Source: Micropruina sp.
GTDB taxonomy: Bacteria > Actinomycetota > Actinomycetes > Propionibacteriales > Propionibacteriaceae
NCBI RefSeq assembly: GCF_047606365.1
Contig: NZ_JASGEN010000039.1
Coordinates: 344-64,343, forward strand
Length of the DNA: 64,000 nt
Direction: 5' to 3'
Shown here: positions 36,379 through 45,370 of the stretch, piece by piece
How the letters are laid out: each line of letters starts with the position of its first letter
How positions within the stretch are numbered: the first letter of the stretch is position 1
Notes under the pieces: generated by a model
Told to the model about the DNA's origin: nothing
Database searches by the model: none
Seen by the model: the letters and a program-made list of their open reading frames with translations, nothing else
Translations under genes and position numbers: made by a program

Positions 36379-37701
36379 TTACTCAGTCGGCCACTTCGCG
36401 TCGATGCCCTTCAGGGTGTCGTCCAAGTTGGACCGGCCGCTGGTGTAGTTGACCATTCCGGTCCAGAAGGCACCGGAACCCACCACACCCGGCATCTGGT
36501 CGGAGCCGTCGAAGCGGAACACCGAGGCGCTCTGGATCGACTTGACCACGTCCTGCAGCACCTTGTTCGGGTACTTGTCGAGCGGGAAGGACTTCAGCGG
36601 CGACAGCCACGCACCGGTCTTCACCTGGTTCTCACCGAAGGTCGGATCGGAGGTCATGAAGGCCATCACCTTCTTGACGTTGGTGTCGTTCTTGGTCAGC
36701 GCCGCGGCCAGGTCGCCACCGCCGAGCACCGGGTGCTCGCCGTTGACGGTCGGGGTCACGAACATGCCCACCTGGGTGTCGAGCTTGGCGAAGACGTCGT
36801 CGGGGAAGAAGCCCTTCTGGGTGACGAAGTTGCCCTGCTTGCCCAGGTAGCACTTCGGGGTCTTCTCGAACATCGGGTTGAGCGCCTGCGCGAACGCGTT
36901 CGACGGGGCGTTCTTGATGCCACCGAAGACGTTGCCGTCGGTCATCAGGATCTGGTTGTAGACGTCGAACGCCTTGCGGATCTCGGGGCTGTCGAACTTG
37001 ATCTCACCCGCGACCCACTTGTCGTAGACCTCGGTGCCCGAGGTCTGCAGCACGTAGTCCTCGATCCAGTCGGTGGCCGGCCAGCCGGTCGCCGAGCCCG
37101 ACTCCATGCCGTAGCACAGCGGAGCGGTGCCATCAGCCTTGATCTTGTCGATCAGCGTCAGCAGCTCGGCGTGGGTGGCGGGCACGGTGTAGCCCTTTGC
37201 CTCGAAGGCGGGCTTGTTGTACCAGTAGAACGACTTGCCGTTCATCGCCATCGGCGCGCCGTAGGTCTTGCCGTCGACGGTCGCGGCGTCCAGGAAGCCC
37301 GGCACCACATCGGCCTGCAGCTTGGGCAGATCGACCTGGGTGCTCAGGTCGGCCACCTGGCCGTCCTTCGCCAGCTGCCGGAGGATGCCCGGCTGCGGGA
37401 AGACCGCGATGTCGGGCGCATTGCCGGACTGGATCTTGGCGGTGATCTGCACCTCGAACTCGTTCGACTGGATGAAGTCCAGCTTGATGCCCTGGCTGTC
37501 GGCCCAGGTCGTCATGTCTTTCTGGAAGGCCGTGGACTGGTCGCCCGAGAAGGCGTACATCACCTGAACGGTGTCCTTGGCCGTGGCCGGCCCGGTCTCG
37601 GTCGCACCTGGCTCGGGCTCTCCGCCGCCGCTCAAGCAGCCAGTCAGCAACAGGCTGCTCGCCGCCAGGCCCGTGATCAGGGCAAGGCTCTTTTTCCTCA
37701 T
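36379..37701 (-). CDS. Sugar ABC substrate-binding lipoprotein (AglE/alpha-glucoside-like)
   Basis: Lipobox LLLTGC; PQPG, GWPATDWIED, FDGSDQMPG.VG. Confidence 0.88.
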   Translation of the reverse strand: MRKKSLALITGLAASSLLLTGCLSGGGEPEPGATETGPATAKDTVQVMYAFSGDQSTAFQKDMTTWADSQGIKLDFIQSNEFEVQITAKIQSGNAPDIAVFPQPGILRQLAKDGQVADLSTQVDLPKLQADVVPGFLDAATVDGKTYGAPMAMNGKSFYWYNKPAFEAKGYTVPATHAELLTLIDKIKADGTAPLCYGMESGSATGWPATDWIEDYVLQTSGTEVYDKWVAGEIKFDSPEIRKAFDVYNQILMTDGNVFGGIKNAPSNAFAQALNPMFEKTPKCYLGKQGNFVTQKGFFPDDVFAKLDTQVGMFVTPTVNGEHPVLGGGDLAAALTKNDTNVKKVMAFMTSDPTFGENQVKTGAWLSPLKSFPLDKYPNKVLQDVVKSIQSASVFRFDGSDQMPGVVGSGAFWTGMVNYTSGRSNLDDTLKGIDAKWPTE

Positions 37702-37854
37702 AACTTCAGTCGCCCCCTTGCAACAGAAATGGATGTGAGCGGCTTCTGAGTGCCCGCTCTGGACCGCAACATACAGGAGACGACTCTTCTCGTGTAGACA
37801 GCAGCCCTAAGTTGCAACCATCGTGTGATCTAGGGGTGTTGGTATCTGCCCGGA

Positions 37855-39342
37855 TCAGTGGCGTTCGTAGCTGCTGCCCATCCGGTGCACGTTCAGCTTG
37901 GTGACGGACGCCGTCCCGGCCTCGCTGAACAGCTCGACCGATCGTTCACCCTCGCCGGGGAACACCAGCAGGCTCAACGCCTCGCGTCCCTCGTCGAGGA
38001 ACACTTCGACGCTGGAGGCGTCCAGCAGGATGCGCATCCGCAAGGTGCCGCCCCGCACCGCGGCGCTGCGGTAACCGCGCTGGCCGGCGCCGGAGTGACG
38101 CCTGTCGACCACCAGCCGTCCGGTCTGGACGTCGTAGGCGATCAGGGTCTCGTCACCACCCGGGGTCTTGTGAACGGCCAGGCCGATACGTTCGGCGGTG
38201 CTCGCCGCCAGGTCGATCTCGATGTCGATCTCCCCGGCCGTCAGATCGGTGGCGACCACGCGCGTTTCGTCCTCGGTCAACTGCAGGGCGCCGTGTTCGT
38301 CGGTGGTGCTGCGCAACGCCTCCACCTCGGCGACCGGCCACATGGTCAGCTTGTTGTCGGTGGTCAGCCCGAGTTGGCGCGGCACGGTCAGCTGGGAACA
38401 CCAGCCGTCCGCCTGGGAGGGCATCGGCTGATCGGGGCCGCCGCCCATCCAGCCGAACAGCAGGCGGCGCCCGTCCGGGGCTTCGAAGGTCTGCGGCGCG
38501 TAGAAGTTGCCGCCCCGGTCCAGTTCGGTGTGTTCGGCGATCACCTCGAAGTCGCTTCCGGGCTGCCAATGCCCCACCACGTAACCGACGTTGTGGATGT
38601 TGCGGCGCTCGTAGCCGTCCGGGAGGGCCCGCATCGGACAGAACAGCAGCACCCAGCGGTCGCCGAACGGGAAGAAGTCCGGGCATTCCAGCATGAATGT
38701 GCCGGGCAGCGACGACCGATACAGCACCCGCTCGAAACGCCAGTCGCGCAGGTCGTCGGAGTCGTAGAGCCAGACCTCGCCGAAGCCGTCCGGGGTGCCC
38801 ACCCCGACCACCAGGTACCAGGTGTTCCCCTGCCGCCAGACCTTCGGATCGCGGAACTGCGGGACGCCGTCCGGATTGTCGATGACGACCCCCACCTTGT
38901 CGAAGTGATTCCCGTCGGCGCTGACCGCGAGTATCTGGCGCTGGCTGACACCGTCGGTGAAGTCGACACCGTTGTTCCAGACGTGCCCGGTGTAGTAGGC
39001 GTACAGCTCGCCCGAATCGGCGACCACAGCGGAACCGGAGAAGACGCCGTCCCGATCGGCGGGCAGGCTCGGCGCCATCGCGATCGGCTCACGCCGCCAG
39101 GTGATCAGGTCGGCACTGCTGACATGCCCCCAGTGCATCAGCCCCCAGTCGGTGCCGTAGGGGTAATGCTGGAAGAACACGTGGTAGCGGCCGTTGAAAT
39201 AGCACAGGCCGTTCGGGTCGTTGATCCAGCCGGCCACCCCGGCGATGTGGAATCGCGGGTACCACCGGTCGCGACGGGTCGCCGCCAGGTCGCCGACGGC
39301 GGCCTCGGCGCGCTGCAACGCCTCGCTCATGCTGACAGTCAT
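37855..39342 (-). CDS. GH32 beta-fructofuranosidase / sucrose hydrolase
   Basis: WINDPNG, MHWGH, FSGS, FRDP, ECP, FYAPQ; start may be ATG 39330. Confidence 0.92.
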   Translation of the reverse strand: MTVSMSEALQRAEAAVGDLAATRRDRWYPRFHIAGVAGWINDPNGLCYFNGRYHVFFQHYPYGTDWGLMHWGHVSSADLITWRREPIAMAPSLPADRDGVFSGSAVVADSGELYAYYTGHVWNNGVDFTDGVSQRQILAVSADGNHFDKVGVVIDNPDGVPQFRDPKVWRQGNTWYLVVGVGTPDGFGEVWLYDSDDLRDWRFERVLYRSSLPGTFMLECPDFFPFGDRWVLLFCPMRALPDGYERRNIHNVGYVVGHWQPGSDFEVIAEHTELDRGGNFYAPQTFEAPDGRRLLFGWMGGGPDQPMPSQADGWCSQLTVPRQLGLTTDNKLTMWPVAEVEALRSTTDEHGALQLTEDETRVVATDLTAGEIDIEIDLAASTAERIGLAVHKTPGGDETLIAYDVQTGRLVVDRRHSGAGQRGYRSAAVRGGTLRMRILLDASSVEVFLDEGREALSLLVFPGEGERSVELFSEAGTASVTKLNVHRMGSSYERH

Positions 39343-39430
39343 GCTTCTGCTCCCAGACCAAATAGCTGTGTGTGTGATCGGACGGCACGATGCCCGCCAC
39401 CCGATGGTGACGGGCATCGCATGGAGTGCG

Positions 39431-40267
39431 CTACTTGCCGGCGCCCGCGGTGAGGCCCTCACGAAGCGGCTTCTGACCGAAGACGAACACCAGCAGCGCC
39501 GGGATCATCGAAATGATGACACCGGCCAGCACGGTCGAGACCGAACCGCTGCCGAGCTTGCCCTGCAGCGACACCAGGCCGAGCGGCAGGGTGAAGTTCT
39601 GCTCGCTGATCGTCATGATCAGCGGACGGAAGAACTCGTTCCAGTGGTAGTTGAACGCCAGGATTCCGACGATCGCCAAACCGGGTGTCGACAGCGGCAG
39701 GTAGATGCTGAAGAACGTCTTCCACGGACCGGCACCGTCGATCTCGGCGGCTTCACCGAGTTCGGCGGGCAGGCCCATGAAGTACTGCCGCATCAGGAAC
39801 GTACCGAACGCCGTAGGCAGCGCCGGAATGATCAGGGCGAGCAGCGTGTCGGCCAGCCCCATGCCACGGATCAGCATGAACACCGGGACGATGGTCACCT
39901 GCATCGGCACCATCATCGTGGCGAGCACGACCGCGAACAGGGCGTTCTTGCCGCGGAAGTCGAACCGGGCGAACACGTAGCCCGCCATGGCCGCGCTGAT
40001 CATCTGGCCGGCGGCCACCAACACGGTGACCAGTGCGGTGTTCCACACGTACAACCAGACCGGGATCTTCTCGAACACGTCGGCGAACGCGCTGAAGCCG
40101 GGGGTGATCTCGTGGGTGACCGGATCCTGCGGGTTGAGCGCCGAGTACAGCGTCCAAACCACGGGTCCGATGGTGAGGAACACGCCGAGGGCGAGCACCA
40201 GATACTTGGCAAACGTGCCGAGCCCCGAAAGCGGGGATCGGGTTTTCACTGCGTCGATATTGCTCAT
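39431..40267 (-). CDS. Carbohydrate ABC transporter permease
   Basis: EAAEIDGA, WNEFFRPL. Confidence 0.92.
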   Translation of the reverse strand: MSNIDAVKTRSPLSGLGTFAKYLVLALGVFLTIGPVVWTLYSALNPQDPVTHEITPGFSAFADVFEKIPVWLYVWNTALVTVLVAAGQMISAAMAGYVFARFDFRGKNALFAVVLATMMVPMQVTIVPVFMLIRGMGLADTLLALIIPALPTAFGTFLMRQYFMGLPAELGEAAEIDGAGPWKTFFSIYLPLSTPGLAIVGILAFNYHWNEFFRPLIMTISEQNFTLPLGLVSLQGKLGSGSVSTVLAGVIISMIPALLVFVFGQKPLREGLTAGAGK

Positions 40268-40274
40268 GGAAACC

Positions 40275-41165
40275 TCACCCGTAGAAGACGTAACGCTTGC
40301 TCAGCTGGAACTGCAGACCGGTGACCAGCATGATCACGAGGGTCAGCACGATGCCGACGGCGGATGCGCCGCCGAAGTCGAGCTGCCGGAAAGCCGACTC
40401 GTAGATCACCATCACCGCCGTCCGCGTGTCGTCACCTGGGCCGCCACGGGTGAGAACCCACGGCTGATCGAAGATCTGCAGCGCGCTGATGATCGCCATC
40501 ACGGACGCCACCAGCATCGTCGGGCTGATCAGCGGAATGGTGATGTGCCGGAACTGCGCCCAGCCCACCACACCGTCGATCGACGACGCCTCGTACACCT
40601 CCTTCGGAATACCGGCGACACCGCCGATGAACATCAGGAAGGTGAAGCCGAAGTTCTGCCACACGTAGACCAGCAGCACCACGACCTTGGCGCCGAAGCC
40701 GGTGGTCAACCAGCCGACCTTGCCGATGCCGATCCAGGTCAGGAACTGGTTGACCAGGCCGAACTCGTAGTTGAACAGGTAGGCCATGATCAGCGACACC
40801 GACGCCGCCGACAGGATCAGCGGGAAGAACAGCGCCGAACGGAAGAACGTCCGCAGCCAGTTGGGCATCTTGGACTGCACCAGGATGGCGAGTCCGAGAG
40901 CGACCGCCAACTGCACGATCACGGCGGCAATCACGAAGGTGATGGTGTTGAGGAAGGACACCCGAATCGTCGGATTGGTCACCATCTGACCGAAGTTGTC
41001 GAAGCCGACGAACTCGGGATTCGTGATGATGTCCCAGCGGAAGAACGCCAGGACGACGGAGCCGATGATCGGCACCACGCTGAACAGGCCCAGCCCGATC
41101 ACCGTGGGAGCAAGGAAGACCCAGACCAGCGCCCGGTTCTTCTTTCGAGGATTTGATTCGGACAT
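40275..41165 (-). CDS. Carbohydrate ABC transporter permease
   Basis: FVGFDNF, EASSIDG, QIFDQP..LT.GGP. Confidence 0.92.
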   Translation of the reverse strand: MSESNPRKKNRALVWVFLAPTVIGLGLFSVVPIIGSVVLAFFRWDIITNPEFVGFDNFGQMVTNPTIRVSFLNTITFVIAAVIVQLAVALGLAILVQSKMPNWLRTFFRSALFFPLILSAASVSLIMAYLFNYEFGLVNQFLTWIGIGKVGWLTTGFGAKVVVLLVYVWQNFGFTFLMFIGGVAGIPKEVYEASSIDGVVGWAQFRHITIPLISPTMLVASVMAIISALQIFDQPWVLTRGGPGDDTRTAVMVIYESAFRQLDFGGASAVGIVLTLVIMLVTGLQFQLSKRYVFYG

Positions 41166-42547
41166 CAGCGTCCCTTCAGTGCGAATTCGAGGTCACGCTG
41201 CATCAGCTCGAGGCCGGGCCGGACACCGCCCGGTCCATTCATGATCGTGCCGACCACGTTCTTGAGCAGCGCGGATTCGACCGCCGCCTGCTGGGGCGGG
41301 GCCGGCATCGGACCGGTGGTGGGGAATTTGATCAGCGTGTCGTAGAAGACGTTCCAGTGCGCGGGGCCGACCCCGGCGCCGTAGAGCTTGTCGTTCAGCG
41401 ACTTGCGCGGCAGTGACGAGTCCGGCTTGTTGTGGGCGATCGACATGCCTTCGAGAGACACGCAGTACTTCAGCCATTCCCAGGCCTCGTCCTTGCGCTC
41501 CGAGATGTCCATGATGGCGTAGCCGCCGGCACCGAACTGGTGCCGCTGGCCGTTCATCGCCGGGAAGTAGGTGACGTCGTAGGCGTCGTTGGCCACGCCC
41601 GCCTCCTTCAAACCCTGCACCCAGTAGCCGCCGGCCGGCGTCATGCCGACCGCACCGGTGGAGAACAGTGCGACGAGTTCGTTGCCGCCGCCCTGAGCCG
41701 GGTTGGCCGCCAGACCTTCGCTGACCAGTCGCTGCAGCACCGAGAAGCTCTCCACGGTGGCGTCACTGAGGGCGTCCGCGTTCTCCCAGAGGTAGCCGCC
41801 ACCGCGTGGCGTCTCGTTGGGATAGAACTTCTTCCAGAACCAGTCGCCGCCGGGGGCCTTCTCCTCGGTGAGGAAGCTGGTCTTGTTGACGTACAGCCAC
41901 GGCACGACGCCGCCCCACAACCGGTTGTTCCAGAAGTAGGGCAGGAAGCTGCCCTGGCCGCTGGACTTCATCTTCCGGGCGACGGTGAAGAAGTCGTCGA
42001 CCGTCCAGTTGTCGTTGGGCCGCTCGAGGCCGGCACGTTGCAGCGCGGAGGTGTTGTAGAACACATTCGCCGCGTTGAAGTTGTCCGGCAGCTGGAACAG
42101 GCTGCCCTTGTAGAAGAACGATTCGATCAACGAGGGATGGACGTCGTCGAAATACTCCTGCATCTCGGCGGCGTCGCGTTGCACGAACTCGTCGAGCGGA
42201 TAGGCCATCCGAGAGGCGAACAACTGGGTGCCCTCGGTGGCGACGGTGACAACGTCCGGCGGGGTGCCGGCCGCGATCATGGTGAGAATCTTGGCGAAAT
42301 ACTCGCTCCAGTCCTGGCCCTGGATCGCCACGATCCGGACCGGGATATCGGGATGTTTCTTCTGGAAGCCGGCGATCAGCCCCTGGCGCTGCTGGGCGTC
42401 CTGCTCGGTTCCGAAGAGCGCGATGGTGAGGGCGCTCTGCCCTCGGCCGGGGATGTCCTGAGCGGTGAGCCGCGGCCACGAGACCACCGTCCCGATCGCA
42501 CCGAGGCCCAACGTCGCGAGCATTGCTCTTCGTGTGATGTCAGCCAC
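41165..42547 (-). CDS. Sugar ABC substrate-binding protein with twin-arginine N-terminus
   Basis: ITRRAML, GTPPDV, FYN, KDEAWEWLKY. Confidence 0.85.
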   Translation of the reverse strand: MADITRRAMLATLGLGAIGTVVSWPRLTAQDIPGRGQSALTIALFGTEQDAQQRQGLIAGFQKKHPDIPVRIVAIQGQDWSEYFAKILTMIAAGTPPDVVTVATEGTQLFASRMAYPLDEFVQRDAAEMQEYFDDVHPSLIESFFYKGSLFQLPDNFNAANVFYNTSALQRAGLERPNDNWTVDDFFTVARKMKSSGQGSFLPYFWNNRLWGGVVPWLYVNKTSFLTEEKAPGGDWFWKKFYPNETPRGGGYLWENADALSDATVESFSVLQRLVSEGLAANPAQGGGNELVALFSTGAVGMTPAGGYWVQGLKEAGVANDAYDVTYFPAMNGQRHQFGAGGYAIMDISERKDEAWEWLKYCVSLEGMSIAHNKPDSSLPRKSLNDKLYGAGVGPAHWNVFYDTLIKFPTTGPMPAPPQQAAVESALLKNVVGTIMNGPGGVRPGLELMQRDLEFALKGR

Positions 42548-42614
42548 TCTGCTGCTCCTTCTGCTTGGGTCACAGGCAGCGACGACCGCTGATCGGGACC
42601 CGAGTGTGGCGCGA

Positions 42615-42631
42615 TGCTAATCGTTTTAGCA
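42615..42631. promoter_or_regulatory. LacI-type operator TGCTAATCGTTTTAGCA
   Basis: Imperfect palindrome with central CG between the SBP gene and divergent LacI. Confidence 0.65.
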
Positions 42632-42752
42632 CTCGTGCGTCAACGATTTTGCAGCCGCTCGGCCGACTTTCTGAGGCCAAGTCTCGGAAGGCGCTTTTCG
42701 CCCCTACTTGGACCTGGCGCTAGCATCCATGCCCTAAGCGAGGGAGCCTGGG

Positions 42753-43772
42753 ATGAGGAAGCGCGTCACACTCGCCGACGTTGCCGCCCGCGCCGGTGTC
42801 TCGACGGCGTCCGCCAGCCTTGTGCTCAACAACCGGCCAGGCACCCGGCTCTCCGCCACCTCCGCCGCACGGATCCGGGCAGCAGCCGAGGAACTGAACT
42901 ACCGCCCCAACCACACCGCGCGCAGCCTGCGGCTGGGTTCGACCCGAACCGTGGCCTTCCTCTCCGCCGACGTCACCACCACCCGCTTCGCCTCGGCGAT
43001 GATCCTCGGCCTGCTGCAGGAGGCCGACGCGCGGGAGCACACGGTGCTGATCGCCGAGACCGGCAACGACGCGGCCCGCACCGAACGCGCGCTGCTCACC
43101 ATGCTCGACCGCCAGCCGTCTGCACTGATCCTCGGCTTCATGCAGGCACGGCGGATCCATGTTCCGCCGGTCCCCTCCGACGTGCCGGTGATCATGGTGA
43201 ACGGTGCGAGCGATGAGCAGCACCCCACGGTGCTGCCCGCCGATCACGAGGGTGGCCGGCAGATCGCCTCGGTGCTGGCCGACGCGGGGCACACCGACAT
43301 CGCCGTCATCGGCTACGACCCGAATCGGGACCCGGACTGGGGCGAGACGGTGACCATCGGAGCCCGATTCGCGGGCATCGACGAGGTGATCGCCGAGCGC
43401 GGGCTGCGGGTCACCGGCTACCGGGCCCGTCGCTGGGATCCGGACGTCGGCTTCGAGGGCATGAACGAACTGCTCGATTCGGGCGCGGAGTTCACCGGGC
43501 TGATCTGCCTGAACGACCGGCTCGCCTTCGGCGCCTACCAGGCCATGCAGTTGCGCGGGTTGCGCATTCCGGACGACGTCTCGGTGGTGTCGTTCGACGA
43601 CGACGTGATCGCCGCGCACCTGCGTCCGGCACTGACCACCGCGCTGCTGCCGTACGAGGAGATGGGACGCCGGGCAATGGAGATGGCGCTCAGCGATTCG
43701 GTCGACCCGCAGAATCTGCTGGTGCCGATGCCGATACAACTGCGGGATTCCGTGCGCGAGCTGCGCTCGTGA
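42753..43772 (+). CDS. LacI family transcriptional regulator
   Basis: VTLADVAARAGVSTASASLVLN, LNYRPN, NDRLA.G, VSFDD, LTT. Confidence 0.92.
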   Translation: MRKRVTLADVAARAGVSTASASLVLNNRPGTRLSATSAARIRAAAEELNYRPNHTARSLRLGSTRTVAFLSADVTTTRFASAMILGLLQEADAREHTVLIAETGNDAARTERALLTMLDRQPSALILGFMQARRIHVPPVPSDVPVIMVNGASDEQHPTVLPADHEGGRQIASVLADAGHTDIAVIGYDPNRDPDWGETVTIGARFAGIDEVIAERGLRVTGYRARRWDPDVGFEGMNELLDSGAEFTGLICLNDRLAFGAYQAMQLRGLRIPDDVSVVSFDDDVIAAHLRPALTTALLPYEEMGRRAMEMALSDSVDPQNLLVPMPIQLRDSVRELRS

Positions 43773-43887
43773 GCCCTCGCGTGGTGGGACGTCGTCGGGA
43801 CTCCCTCAGGTCGAGATTCGGCGTCCGGTCGATCCGCGCCAACTTGCTCACGGGGCGCTGCGAGACGCCAGTGCTTTACTGACATGC

Positions 43888-44685
43888 ATGGCCCCTCGAC
43901 CTCGGCTGGAGATGCTGTGGGAGTCCGCCGACCCGGCGGCTGCGCTCACCTCGCGATTCGGCTTCGTGGGCGAGGACCACGCCGCGGCATGGCTCACTGA
44001 TGCGTTGCGCGACGCCTGGGGTCTTCGTGTCGAGCGTTGCGATCGTCTTGTCATCAGTGCGAGCAAGCTTCTGGCGTGGCTCACCGTCGACGGTAGATGT
44101 CTCATCGCCAAGTGCGCAGTCGATCCGACGCTGTTTGCGCGGCTTGCTGAGATCGACGAGCTCATCGCCTGGCTGCACCATGAGGGTCTTCCCGTCGCGG
44201 CTCCTCTCGCCACCACAGATGGGCCCCGACGCCTCGACCGAGACCGCTACTCCGTCGGCCTCTACCCCGTCATCGGCGGTGACCTGCTTGACGTGGATGA
44301 CCAGGACCAGGTCGAGGCCGCGGGTCAGACACTCGCGACGCTGCACCGGTCGCTGGCGGCCTACCCCGGGGAACTCTCGGGCGGTCAAGCCCAGGAGGGT
44401 CAGCAGCTCGTGCATGGCGATTTCCGGTCTGCGAACATCCTCTGTGCCGACCAGATCACGGCAGTCCTCGACTTCGACGAGGCGTCGCACCGCAGTCGGG
44501 CAGACGAACTTGCCCGCTCCGCGGTGCTCCTCGGTACCCGCTATCACAATTGGCAGCCGACACCGCCAGCAACCCGGAAGGCATTCGTCGCTGCCTACAA
44601 CGATGTCTGGCCTCTGACTGGCATGGAGTGGAAGGAATACGATCTCGTCGTCGCTGCAGTCGCAAAGCACTTCGGCTGGACATAG
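43888..44685 (+). CDS. Aminoglycoside-phosphotransferase/choline-kinase-like phosphotransferase
   Basis: IAK, LATLH, HGDFRSANIL, VLDFD. Confidence 0.8.
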   Translation: MAPRPRLEMLWESADPAAALTSRFGFVGEDHAAAWLTDALRDAWGLRVERCDRLVISASKLLAWLTVDGRCLIAKCAVDPTLFARLAEIDELIAWLHHEGLPVAAPLATTDGPRRLDRDRYSVGLYPVIGGDLLDVDDQDQVEAAGQTLATLHRSLAAYPGELSGGQAQEGQQLVHGDFRSANILCADQITAVLDFDEASHRSRADELARSAVLLGTRYHNWQPTPPATRKAFVAAYNDVWPLTGMEWKEYDLVVAAVAKHFGWT

Positions 44686-44703
44686 TCGGCCGCGTCCTGG
44701 CCG

Positions 44704-44958
44704 TCAGATCTCGTCGAGGTACTGCGAGCGGGCCTTCATGGCATGGATGAGCAGTTCATAGCCGTCATCGAAGACCAGGGCAACCAGTTCGAGAAGACGG
44801 CCCGCGGGGTCCGTCCCGATCATGAGCTAGCGACGAGGATCGTCCTCGTCGTCAAGTGGGCGGAAGTGCAGGACATGGGCGGCCGCGTAGAGGACTGAAG
44901 CATCATCGAGCCGGTCGCGACCATAGTGCTTGCGAGCGGACGGGTGAAGCTCAAGCAA
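44704..44958 (-). pseudogene. Putative type II toxin (BrnT/RelE-like fold) interrupted by one in-frame TAG at 44827-44829
   Basis: LELHPSARKH...DDEDDPRR*LMIGTDPAGRLLELVALVFDDGYELLIHAMKARSQYLDEI*; both halves in the same frame. Confidence 0.7.
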
Positions 44959-45223
44959 CGTGAGTCGTCCACTCGCGCACCGCGGCCCGGATGGCCTCAG
45001 AGCGCGTGGCAATACCCTCGGCTTCGGCACGCGCAGTGAGTGCGGCGAGGGTGGCTGCGTCGAGACGTACCGGCACGACCACACCGGGGCCGTCCCCCAC
45101 CGGTGGACGACCGCGACGCGCCTTCGGGAGCTTCGACAGGTCGTAGCCTGCCTCGGCCTCATCGGCCCACGCTTGAATCTGCTCATCGGTCACAGACTCG
45201 CCGTGCAGCAGGTGCTCACTCAT
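44951..45223 (-). CDS. Ribbon-helix-helix (CopG-like) putative antitoxin, 90 aa
   Basis: TDEQIQAWADEAEAGYD..K...RGRP, VVVPVRLD...L..L...A......RSEAIR.AV; ATG 6 nt after TACGAT. Confidence 0.8.
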   Translation of the reverse strand: MSEHLLHGESVTDEQIQAWADEAEAGYDLSKLPKARRGRPPVGDGPGVVVPVRLDAATLAALTARAEAEGIATRSEAIRAAVREWTTHVA

Positions 45224-45230
45224 GGACTTA

Positions 45231-45261
45231 TCGTATACGGAAACATTGTTTCCGTATACGA
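45231..45261. promoter_or_regulatory. Perfect 31-bp palindromic operator over the antitoxin promoter
   Basis: TCGTATACGGAAACA-T-TGTTTCCGTATACGA. Confidence 0.8.
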
Positions 45262-45370
45262 AACTCCTGCGTCGTTGGTCAAGATCGGTGAGAACTCCCC
45301 TACTCAGGGGGAGAGGCGCCATTCTGTACCTGACCGACGCGGTCGACGGAGACTGACGAAGAGGAGTCCG

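Noticed and set aside
43888-44685. Antibiotic-resistance APH gene
   Set aside because: Only generic kinase-fold motifs; substrate cannot be inferred from sequence by eye
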